Source of the DNA: Nitrospirota bacterium
GTDB taxonomy: Bacteria; Nitrospirota; Nitrospiria; Nitrospirales; NS-4
Reading direction: 5' to 3'
NCBI GenBank assembly: GCA_963788195.1
Contig: CAWBGA010000004.1
Span: forward strand, 85,099-149,098
Length of the DNA stretch: 64,000 bases
Position numbers and translations under genes: made by a program. The notes under the pieces were generated by a model. The model was not told where the DNA came from and ran no database searches. It saw only the letters and a list, made by a program, of their open reading frames with translations. Below are positions 48,382 to 57,171 of this stretch, one piece after another (the first letter of the stretch is position 1; each line of letters begins with the position of its first letter).

Positions 48382-50429
48382 CCGGATCGCCTCCGACACT
48401 TGTTCTTCCATGGAAAGCCGAAGAAGACATCGGCTATCTCGTATCGAGAGAATGGCTCGTCACCAACGGCCTCGGCGGGTATGCCTCGGGCACGCTCTTG
48501 GGAATCTCCACTCGTCGATATCATGGACTGTTCATTCCGAATCTTCCCGCCCCCCGCGGCCGCACCATGGTGATCCCGCGAGTCGATGAGGAGGTCTCGT
48601 GTGGCGCGCGCACGGTCCTACTTGGTGGCGCCGGGTTTGCAGATGGACGGATTGAGGGGGCGGGGCATCTCTATCTTCGCGAGTTTCGTCTCGAGTCCCT
48701 CGTTCCAACCTGGACTTTCGAGATAAATCACCATGTATTGGAAAAGCGAATCGTGATGCCGCACACGCTCAATACCGCGTATATTGAGTATCGCCTAGTC
48801 AGCGGCGGTCCGATACATATGACCCTCCGGCCCTTTGTGACGTTTCGCATGCATGACGGGCCCCTCGGCGTCCCTCCGGACCATCCCTTCACTCTTACAG
48901 CGACGCGAGGGCGCTTGGAAGTGCATCCTTTTGAAGGAGCGCCACCAGTGAGACTCTGCGTGCGCCCCCAAAAGGGAGTCTTTGTTGTTCAAGAGCAGAT
49001 CAGTCCTAACGTGTATTACCGCGTTGAACGGGAACGCGGCTACGATCACTTGGAGGATCTGGTCAGCCCTGGATATTTTTCAGTGGACCTAGCGGTCGGC
49101 GAATCGCTGTCTTTAGTCGTCAGCACGGAGGGATGGGAGTTACTGGACCCTTCGGCCGACCGAATTCTGGAAGCGGAACAGGCTCGCCTGGACAAGGTCC
49201 TCGCTGCCGCCCCCAAAGAGGCCCAATCGGGGCCCCCAGCGCACCTTGTTCTCGCTGCGGATCAGTTCCTGATCCTGCCTGGGAGCCGGCCTGAGGAGAA
49301 TGTGCTGGCGAGCATTTCCGGAGAAGAGATCCGCACGATCATCGCCGGGTACCACTGGTTCACCGATTGGGGACGGGACACGATGATCAGCCTGGAAGGC
49401 CTCACGCTCTGTACGGGTCGGCCACGGGAAGCGAGAGCAATCCTACGGACGTTTGCTCACTATGTGAAGGACGGCTTGCTCCCGAACCAGTTTCCGGAGG
49501 GCCAGCGCACGGCCATCTACAACACTGCCGACGCAACCTTATGGTACTTCCACGCGCTCGACCGGTATTACGGACACACGGGGGATCGGGAAACCTTGCA
49601 GCTGCTTTTTCCGGTGCTCAAGTCCGTGATCGAGCACCATTTGAAAGGCACTCATTTTGGCATCGGCGTGGATGCGGCAGATGGGTTGCTGAAAGCCGGT
49701 GCTGAAGGCTACGCGTTGACCTGGATGGACGCCAAGGTTGAGGGATGGGTTGTGACGCCGCGCCGCGGCAAGCCTGTGGAAATCCAGGCTCTATGGTACA
49801 ACGCCCTGCGTTTGATGTCGCTCTGGGCCGAGGAATTGAGAGAGAACCCTGACGAATACAAAGCTATCGCTGACACTACAGAGCGAAGCTTCAACGCGAG
49901 ATTTTGGTATGAAGCGGGAGGTTATCTCTATGACGTGATCGATGGCGATCAGGGGGATGACACGAGTCTCAGACCCAATCAGATTTTCTCAATCTCGTTA
50001 CGGTTTCCAGTTTTGTCGCGGTCCTTGTGGCAGCCTGTCCTCGACGTCGTCGCCGCCAAACTGTTAACGCCGGTCGGTTTGCGAACCCTGGACCCGAGCC
50101 ATCGGGATTACAAGCCGAAGTATTTCGGTGACCTACGTGACAGAGACGCGGCGTATCATCAAGGGACGGTGTGGGGCTGGCTGATCGGACACTTCGTAGA
50201 TGCCTGGCTGAAGATCTATCCAGACAAAGAGCGGGCCCGGGGAATGTTGTGGGGGTTACAGGAGGAATTGCGGGATGCGGGCATCGGCACCATCAGCGAG
50301 ATATTCGACGCCGAACCGCGATACACGCCCAGAGGCTGTATTGCGCAGGCGTGGAGCGTCGCCGAAGTTCTAAGGGCCTTCCTCGTCACTCAGAATGGAC
50401 ATCCCGGCGCACCCGTTTCCTTCTTGTAG
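48378..50429 (+). CDS. Amylo-alpha-1,6-glucosidase (GDE-type glycogen debranching enzyme)
   Basis: EWLVTNGLGGYAS, AGYHWFTDWGRDTMI, TWMDAK, YHQGTVW, QAWSVAE. Confidence 0.92.
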   Translation: MTGSPPTLVLPWKAEEDIGYLVSREWLVTNGLGGYASGTLLGISTRRYHGLFIPNLPAPRGRTMVIPRVDEEVSCGARTVLLGGAGFADGRIEGAGHLYLREFRLESLVPTWTFEINHHVLEKRIVMPHTLNTAYIEYRLVSGGPIHMTLRPFVTFRMHDGPLGVPPDHPFTLTATRGRLEVHPFEGAPPVRLCVRPQKGVFVVQEQISPNVYYRVERERGYDHLEDLVSPGYFSVDLAVGESLSLVVSTEGWELLDPSADRILEAEQARLDKVLAAAPKEAQSGPPAHLVLAADQFLILPGSRPEENVLASISGEEIRTIIAGYHWFTDWGRDTMISLEGLTLCTGRPREARAILRTFAHYVKDGLLPNQFPEGQRTAIYNTADATLWYFHALDRYYGHTGDRETLQLLFPVLKSVIEHHLKGTHFGIGVDAADGLLKAGAEGYALTWMDAKVEGWVVTPRRGKPVEIQALWYNALRLMSLWAEELRENPDEYKAIADTTERSFNARFWYEAGGYLYDVIDGDQGDDTSLRPNQIFSISLRFPVLSRSLWQPVLDVVAAKLLTPVGLRTLDPSHRDYKPKYFGDLRDRDAAYHQGTVWGWLIGHFVDAWLKIYPDKERARGMLWGLQEELRDAGIGTISEIFDAEPRYTPRGCIAQAWSVAEVLRAFLVTQNGHPGAPVSFL

Positions 50430-50764
50430 CTCAGGACGGATGGTGGAGTTGCCGCCCTATGGCTGAAAAGAGCCAGGCCAAAGATATTCCCTACATGAAA
50501 AGCCTCCCTGCGGCAGGGTTGGCAGGCGATCATAAGGTCTTGAAAATTATCAGATTCGATATGCGAGGCACATTACTGATAAAAGGCTGTTAGCAGACCA
50601 GCTGCGATTGCAACGCGTCTCTTGAGGAGAGCCTGTACATTCCTTTATCACAGTGTTTACTCGATTAAATGACCATTTCGGGCTGATGTAGCCGATGAAG
50701 TGCAGAGTCGTACGCCGAAGGGACACAGTTTATGAATGCGGCTGGCAGCAAACGCGCGAGCCGG

Positions 50765-50780
50765 TGGTATGACACTTGCT
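50765..50780 (+). promoter_or_regulatory. Sigma-54 -24/-12 promoter
   Basis: TGGTATGACACTTGCT (GG-N10-GC) about 30 bp upstream of ATG 50813, with a GGAGG RBS in between. Confidence 0.7.
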
Positions 50781-50812
50781 GTATTGAGAGTTGCTGGAGG
50801 TGCTAAACACAC

Positions 50813-51670
50813 ATGACTGATGAAAACCAAGGTCCAGTATATTTAGCCGAAGCTTTGGAGACAATACTGGGGCCCTGCCACGACAAGTACTTGGTTGCGG
50901 CTGCAGCGTATCTTTACCCCAGGACAATCCAGAACATCGTTACCCGCCGCCCGATTGCGCAAGCGACTTTGGAGAAGGTGCAAAGAGCCTTTAAGCGCGG
51001 AGAGTTGTCTCCGAAGCCCATTCCTCCAATGGAGTCCAGGGGACTTGCGGAGCAGTTACATCGGTTTCTGCTTTCAATGGGAGGAACCGTCTATGCCGCC
51101 GCCCAGTTGAGGGTCGATCCCCTTGTGATCGCCAAAGTCATCTATGGACGACAGGTGAACAATCGTTTTCGTGCGCTGGTCCAAAGACGCCTTGAAAAGC
51201 GTCTGCCAATTCTCATGGCAACGCCAATTGCAACGAGGAACACGGCGCCCGAAGAATTCGCCGAAGACAGCCTGGCTCAGTGTAGGCAGGCCTATGAATT
51301 GTACAAGAGCCAGGGTACATTAGAAGCCGTTGGGCAACAACTCAAGCTGAGCCGTGAACGGGTTCGTCAACTGATTAATCGAGGTATCGCGTATGGGGTC
51401 ATCCCCGCCGAACCTCACTACACTCAAGCGGCACGCCCATTTCCCTTTGCCTCCAGAGAAGAATTTCTCGCCGCCTATCAGCAGACTCCAAGCATGCGCC
51501 GTCTTGTCCGAAATTTGCGCGTCTCCAAAGAGCGGCTGAAGCGATTCTGCCAAGCAAACGCTGTGTTGCAGCAAGACCTCGCCGATATCCGCAGGTCGTC
51601 GATGCGGCATGCCCCCTCTGCATGCCAGCGGCCCATCGCGGCAAAAAGTCCAATCCCGATGGCTTCCTAA
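50813..51670 (+). CDS. Hypothetical multi-HTH DNA-binding protein including a sigma-70 region-4-like HTH
   Basis: TLEAVGQQLKLSRERVRQLI; further HTH-like segments; no sigma region 2. Confidence 0.65.
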   Translation: MTDENQGPVYLAEALETILGPCHDKYLVAAAAYLYPRTIQNIVTRRPIAQATLEKVQRAFKRGELSPKPIPPMESRGLAEQLHRFLLSMGGTVYAAAQLRVDPLVIAKVIYGRQVNNRFRALVQRRLEKRLPILMATPIATRNTAPEEFAEDSLAQCRQAYELYKSQGTLEAVGQQLKLSRERVRQLINRGIAYGVIPAEPHYTQAARPFPFASREEFLAAYQQTPSMRRLVRNLRVSKERLKRFCQANAVLQQDLADIRRSSMRHAPSACQRPIAAKSPIPMAS

Positions 51671-51955
51671 CCTTCGATACAGTACCCCTCCTGAGCGGTA
51701 GTGTCACGATCACTGGCCTCCTGAGGCGCCCCCTACTGGCCCGGTCAACTTCTGGGACCGCATAATTCTCGTCGTGCCTGATCCAGTTCCACAGGGCGTC
51801 ATGAAAAACGCCAGGTTGGCGGCCCGTTTAGGAACCCGGAGCGCATTTGAGGATGTAAGCCTACGAATGTAGGGTATTCTTAATTCGCAGGTGGCTGTAT
51901 ATAGGTGATCTCATTTAGGTGTACACAATGGTCTGGCGAGACGGAGGCCCCAAAT

Positions 51956-52645
51956 ATGGCCGGTGTGATCTCTTTGACGCTAAATAAACCCGAAAAGAAG
52001 CGGTCGGCAGACGATCTGCAGAACGGCGCGCAAAGTAGTGACCCCAGGAAGTCTCTCATGGATTCGTCCTTGAACGACTTCACTCAAAGCATTGTAGGGA
52101 GGCGGTTGGGTCCTGGAATTTTGATTCTTACCTCCTCGACGCAACTCCTATATAAAGATCGCCGGGCCTGGGAATTATGCGCGGAAATGAGCAATCGTGC
52201 GGGCGGCACGGCTAGTACGGCCCTTCCGACGCAGGTTGTGGAACTCTGCGATGAGGTAGCCAAACTCCTCCAGATTTGGACCGATGCGAAAGACTGGGAG
52301 CAGATTCGCATCAAACGGGTCATCGGTAACCCCGATCGACCTATCTTATTGTGCGGGCTAGGGATTCCCGACAGGCACGGCCTTCAACAATCCAGAATCC
52401 TTATTACCCTGGAGGAGATAGGCCGTCGCCGAGGAGCCGTCATTGAACAGGTCAAGGATATCTTTCACTTGACCGAGCGGGAAGTCACCGTCGTCCAGAA
52501 TCTTCTGAAGGGGTGGACGAACAAGGAAATCGCACATGAGCTCGGAGTCACGGAGCAGACGGTAAAAGAGCACATCAAGCACATTATGGCCAAAACGAAG
52601 ACCACCACGCGCACCGGCATTCTTGTGCAGGTACTACGTCTATGA
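51956..52645 (+). CDS. LuxR-type HTH transcriptional regulator without a receiver domain
   Basis: LTERE...GWTNKEIAHELGVTEQTVKEHIKHIMAK; GGAGG RBS. Confidence 0.88.
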   Translation: MAGVISLTLNKPEKKRSADDLQNGAQSSDPRKSLMDSSLNDFTQSIVGRRLGPGILILTSSTQLLYKDRRAWELCAEMSNRAGGTASTALPTQVVELCDEVAKLLQIWTDAKDWEQIRIKRVIGNPDRPILLCGLGIPDRHGLQQSRILITLEEIGRRRGAVIEQVKDIFHLTEREVTVVQNLLKGWTNKEIAHELGVTEQTVKEHIKHIMAKTKTTTRTGILVQVLRL

Positions 52646-52809
52646 GAGCTAGCCAGACGCTCTAAATTCCTGTCGCGACATTTCCCTTTGCCGCCCCTGT
52701 AATTTGTCTATTGTCGGTGCCACCTGTTTGCTGCTAATTGCTCTCACGCGCGTGCTTTACTAAAACTAAAACGCGGTGGATAACTTGGCTAAGATCAGGA
52801 GGGAAATGC

Positions 52810-53472
52810 ATGTCTAGTGTGATTTCGGTCAGCACCCGTAAGAATGATCGAGGACGCTTGGAAGGCACTGATGATTTCGAGACACAGGACGATCAAACGT
52901 CTGCCGCCTACACGGAGAGCATCGCGGAGAGGCGAACCGGCCCGGGAATACTTCTTTTAAGCACGTCGGGCCACTTGCTGTATAAAGACCGGCGAGTTTG
53001 GGAGCTCTGCACCGCGCTGGACAAGAGTGGTGATACAACGCTGAAGGCGTTGCCACTTCCGATTCAGGAAGTCTATGCGGAGATCAACAAGCTGTTACTG
53101 GTGCGGACCGATGCAAAAGATTGGGAGCAGTTTCGTATAAAACGGATATTCGAGACATCAGGACGCCGATTGCTCCTGTCCGGTTTGGGCTTGCCGGATC
53201 GGCACGGCCTGCAGCAGTCTAGAGTTCTGATCACCGTGGAAGAGATAGGCCGTCGTCCCAGACCCGCTGTCGAATATCTCAAAGACGTCTTTCGTCTTAC
53301 TGACCGCGAGATCATGGTCGTTCACGATCTTCTCAAAGGCTGGACCAATAAAGAAATTGCGACTGACTTGGGCGTGACCGAGCAAACGATTAAGGAGCAT
53401 ATTAAGCACATCATGGCAAAGACGAAAACGACGACGCGCACCGGAATCCTTGTGCAGGTCATACGTTTCTAG
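52810..53472 (+). CDS. LuxR-type HTH regulator, paralog of the preceding gene
   Basis: Near-identical C-terminal HTH; shared GPGIL, LYKDRR, TDAKDWEQ, PDRHGLQQSR. Confidence 0.88.
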   Translation: MSSVISVSTRKNDRGRLEGTDDFETQDDQTSAAYTESIAERRTGPGILLLSTSGHLLYKDRRVWELCTALDKSGDTTLKALPLPIQEVYAEINKLLLVRTDAKDWEQFRIKRIFETSGRRLLLSGLGLPDRHGLQQSRVLITVEEIGRRPRPAVEYLKDVFRLTDREIMVVHDLLKGWTNKEIATDLGVTEQTIKEHIKHIMAKTKTTTRTGILVQVIRF

Positions 53473-53860
53473 TCATTCGCTTCTAATGTGCGCGCCCGCT
53501 GGAGTCGCGCACCACTGTGGATTGGTGTAACGGCCAAGCGAGAACTGTGGGGATGGCACTCGCGGTAAGGTCGAAGCGGCCAGTCAAGCCGCACGCATTT
53601 TGATGAACTTCGTAGAAAGGATGGGCATGGAGGGAACACTCTGGATTGCTGATTCTCTGGGTGTGTCGATTTCGATGCTGGCCGTGATAACAGTGGTAGT
53701 ATTAGGTAATATGGCACCCCTAGGAATGATTATCGCTCTCTCGCGTCCGCGGGCATCCAGCGGAACTTGACGCGACCGGCGACACGTACAGCGTGAAAGT
53801 GGGAAACAGGAGTTAACTGTCGACGGCGCAGGCGCTAAAGCGAGGGAGGAGACATCACCA

Positions 53861-54070
53861 ATGGAGCAGCAGAAGATCTTCGTGGGCTTTGAAGCCGCTT
53901 GCGATCAAGTCATTCAGCTTCTTCATCACGGGGCGACCCTTACGGAGTCGCAACAGCTTCAGATCAAACACACCATAGAGGTCCTTCGATTGACGTATGA
54001 AGATTGGGCGAAAATTATCCGGGTTGAGAAGTCATCCGAGCCCGTGCAGATGCCGTCCGAACCCGTCTAA
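53861..54070 (+). CDS. Small hypothetical protein
   Basis: Strong GGAGGAG RBS, 69-aa helical-looking ORF. Confidence 0.55.
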   Translation: MEQQKIFVGFEAACDQVIQLLHHGATLTESQQLQIKHTIEVLRLTYEDWAKIIRVEKSSEPVQMPSEPV

Positions 54071-54151
54071 CGCCGCCACTGGCCAATTTGACGAACTCTT
54101 CTGTAAACCCTGCGTAAGGTACAAGCCGCGCTTGGCCTTGTGAAGTGGCGT

Positions 54152-55150
54152 TTATTCGAGGACCTCTGGCTGCGTTCGCGCGTACCGCATCTGCGTCTCG
54201 CGGTATTGACGAAGGGAGTGCGTGCGCAGGTCTTCTTCTAAGAGATCACGAATGATGGCCTGAGCGGCTGTCGCGCCTTGCCCGGCTGAGATGATCATCT
54301 GGCAGTTTGCGGGTGTGACGCATCCAGCGGCGTACATGCCGTGCACGCTAGTGCGCATGTTTTCATCAACCTCGATCTCCCCTTGCCCATTTAGCTTGGC
54401 GCCGACGGAACGCGCCAGCTGACTGTGGGAAATATCACCTCTCGTCGCAAACAAATAATCGATGGCTATTCGCCGGTCATTCTTGAATCCCACCGAGCGT
54501 ATCGCGCCGTCTTTGTGTTCGACTTCGATCACAGATTCCTCGTAAACGGGAATTCGGTATTCCTCAATCCAGTCGGCATGGACTTTGTCCCACATTATTT
54601 GTTGACCATTGGTGAGAATGACGACAGTAGGTGAGTAGAACAACATGGCGAGGGCATAATCTACGGCCTCGTTATTACGGCCAACGATTCCAATGCGCCC
54701 GCCTTGAACGCGGTAGCCGTCGCAATCCTTACAGAAAAATAAGCTGCGACCGAGACATGCCCGTACTTCAGGGATTTCAGGAGGCATGTGGGTAAGCCCC
54801 GTTGCCAAGAGCAGGCGACGAGTCTGGTAGGGGCCATGGTGCCCCTGAAGGGTGAATCCTTGAGGGTCGTGTTCCACGGCGGCAATTTCATCGTGTGCGA
54901 ATTCAGTCCCGTAGCGTTCGGCCTGCTGCCGACCGCGCCGCAGTAAATCCTCCCCAGAAATACCCTCTGGAAAGCCCAGGTAATTCTGAACGTCCGGTTC
55001 CCACACGGCCATCGAATGGCCGGATTCGAGTACAAGCGTCCGGCGTTTGCTCCGGCCAAGATACACGGCTGCAGACAATCCCGCCAATCCTCCGCCAACC
55101 ACAATAACTTCCCATGCTACATAGATAGGTGTCGCAGCCTCTTGATTCAT
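54152..55150 (-). CDS. NAD(P)/FAD-dependent oxidoreductase (thioredoxin reductase-like)
   Basis: GGGLAG, NYLGFP, LATG, CKDC, TSVHGMYAAG. Confidence 0.88.
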   Translation of the reverse strand: MNQEAATPIYVAWEVIVVGGGLAGLSAAVYLGRSKRRTLVLESGHSMAVWEPDVQNYLGFPEGISGEDLLRRGRQQAERYGTEFAHDEIAAVEHDPQGFTLQGHHGPYQTRRLLLATGLTHMPPEIPEVRACLGRSLFFCKDCDGYRVQGGRIGIVGRNNEAVDYALAMLFYSPTVVILTNGQQIMWDKVHADWIEEYRIPVYEESVIEVEHKDGAIRSVGFKNDRRIAIDYLFATRGDISHSQLARSVGAKLNGQGEIEVDENMRTSVHGMYAAGCVTPANCQMIISAGQGATAAQAIIRDLLEEDLRTHSLRQYRETQMRYARTQPEVLE

Positions 55151-55152
55151 CG

Positions 55153-56382
55153 TCAGTTCGTTCCAGAGTGATCGATGCGCGTTGATTGGAGACCGTCTGT
55201 AGCGGCACGCCAGGTGACTATGGCCATGTAGGTTCCGAGCAAGATATTGACGATGGAACGTGAACGGGCACCGAGACTTACCGTGTCGGAACCGGCACCA
55301 GTCGATGCCTGTGCATGAGAAAAGGACGCGTCCCTCGTGAAAAGAGGCTGCGTTGGCAGCCTCGGGCCACGGGAAAGGGGTTGGGCTTTGGCCAACCCGG
55401 GGTGGGCTGGGTGCAATGGCGGGTGCGATATCGTCCGGGAAAGGGCGGGGGTCCCGGGAAAAGAGGCTGTCTTGGCAGCCCCGGGCTGGGAGGGTGAGAT
55501 GACAGAGGCTTTCTCGGCAAGCCTCCCTTCCTCAATCTGTTTATGAGAACCATGTCTCCTGGCGTACACGTTCGTAAACTCGGCACCCAGCAGCAGAATT
55601 TGAGTGGAATAGTACACCCAGACAAGAATCACGACGAGCGAACCGGCGGCGCCGTAGGTGGATGCAAAATTTGCCTTGCCGATGTAGATTCCGATTAGAA
55701 ACTTTCCGAAAGTGAAAAGGAACGCCGTTACGGCCGCTCCCATCCAGACATCGTTCCATGCCACCGGTACATCCGGGAGGATTTTGTACATCATGGCGAA
55801 CAGCAGCGTAATCACGCCAAAGGAGATCACGAAACTGATCAAGTGCAGGACCGACTCGGGCAAGGGCAACAAGGTTTCAGCATAGCTACCGAGGGCGGCA
55901 AGGCCAGCACTCAGCACCAGCGAAACGAGCAGCAAGAATCCCATCCCCAAGACCATCATCAAAGAGAGAAAGCGGGCTCTCACCAGGTCGAGCAGTCCGC
56001 TATCGGGTCTGGCCGGTGCTTTCCAGATGGTATTTAACGCCGCTTGGAGCTCCGCAAATACACCGGAGGCGCCGGCCAGCAGCGTGACAATCCCGATAAT
56101 CGTTGCAAGGATACCCGTTGATGGTTTGCTGGCATTTTGAATCATGCCTTGGATGGCCTGCGCTGCGGTTTCCCCGACCAGCCCCTGAATTTGACTGACG
56201 ATAGCCCCCTCGGCGGCCTCGCGCCCAAAGGCGAACGCCGCCACGGCAATTATGACGAGCAGCAGAGGAGCAATGGAGACCACGGTGTAATACGCCATGG
56301 CCGCGCCCAAGCGGGGCACATTGTCCTGATTCCATTCGGCGAAGGTTTGTTTGACTACGTTCAGGCTTGCCTTCCAGTTCAT
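55153..56382 (-). CDS. YihY/BrkB family membrane protein
   Basis: GGAGG RBS before ATG 56382; GAAMAYY, LNTIW, YKILPD, YGAAGSL...WVYYS..GAE. Confidence 0.88.
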   Translation of the reverse strand: MNWKASLNVVKQTFAEWNQDNVPRLGAAMAYYTVVSIAPLLLVIIAVAAFAFGREAAEGAIVSQIQGLVGETAAQAIQGMIQNASKPSTGILATIIGIVTLLAGASGVFAELQAALNTIWKAPARPDSGLLDLVRARFLSLMMVLGMGFLLLVSLVLSAGLAALGSYAETLLPLPESVLHLISFVISFGVITLLFAMMYKILPDVPVAWNDVWMGAAVTAFLFTFGKFLIGIYIGKANFASTYGAAGSLVVILVWVYYSTQILLLGAEFTNVYARRHGSHKQIEEGRLAEKASVISPSQPGAAKTASFPGTPALSRTISHPPLHPAHPGLAKAQPLSRGPRLPTQPLFTRDASFSHAQASTGAGSDTVSLGARSRSIVNILLGTYMAIVTWRAATDGLQSTRIDHSGTN

Positions 56383-56432
56383 AGCAGCTAGGGACCTCCA
56401 TTTTTCAAGAAACGTTGCATGGCGCTCTACAT

Positions 56433-56866
56433 CTATGGAAGGGTGCGACTGTTGCCAGAGGATATCCGCGAGAATCGAAAGTCGTGGCCCTCGCGACCCC
56501 TGGGGGATGACGCGCGTCCCGATGCGAGTGTACCACCAGGTCCCCTTGGCCTCCCTGCCATCGTCGGAGAGACGCAGCGCAAAGCTGCCTTCACGGTCAT
56601 TGCCCTCTTGATACCACATGCCTTCCCATTGCCTTCCCGAAACCGAGGTCGTGATGATGCGACCATTTTGCCAGGAGTAGGTACCATTGCCCTTTTCGTC
56701 GAGTACAAGCCGCTGCGCCGCGCCCTCTTCTTGAAACTCCCACTCGCCACTCAGATCAAGTGTGTCCATGCGCTGGAGTCGGGACGGGTTCCGGCGCTCG
56801 CACCTCGGCGCAGGCTAGCAACAATGCCGTGCTAAACATCACGATCAGGCAAATTGACAGTCTCAT
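56433..56866 (-). pseudogene. Small lipoprotein, interrupted by two apparent frameshifts
   Basis: MRLSICLIVMFSTALLLAC (lipobox) from ATG 56866, then DLSGEWEF...WWYTRIG, then REGHDFRFSR...* ending at 56433, with a frame change at each junction. Confidence 0.55.
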
Positions 56867-57171
56867 AACACTTTTGCTTTCCTCCATGTTCATCCGGCTT
56901 ACGCTTCGCCAGAGCAAGGTGTGTTGCGTATATTCCGATACACCTCCGTTTCCGATTATCGCGTGGGCCTTATCTGTTGCTGCATGCTCTCCATCTCATG
57001 GCAGAATCACGAAACAGGTGTCCACCTCTACAAAAGCATGATAAAAACCACATGTCAGGGGATAACCGCTCCCTGAATATTTTTGTATAATGACGGTTAC
57101 GGTGCCGGGATAGGCTGTGCAGTGCAGGGTCGAAACAGAACGGATGGGCGTCAGATAAGGAGCAAAGTCGT

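Noticed and set aside
50813..51670. Sigma factor
   Set aside because: Only a region-4-like HTH is present; no region 2
55153..56769. 538-aa YihY fusion protein
   Set aside because: YihY has its own GGAGG RBS and ATG at 56382; the upstream part belongs to a frameshifted lipoprotein
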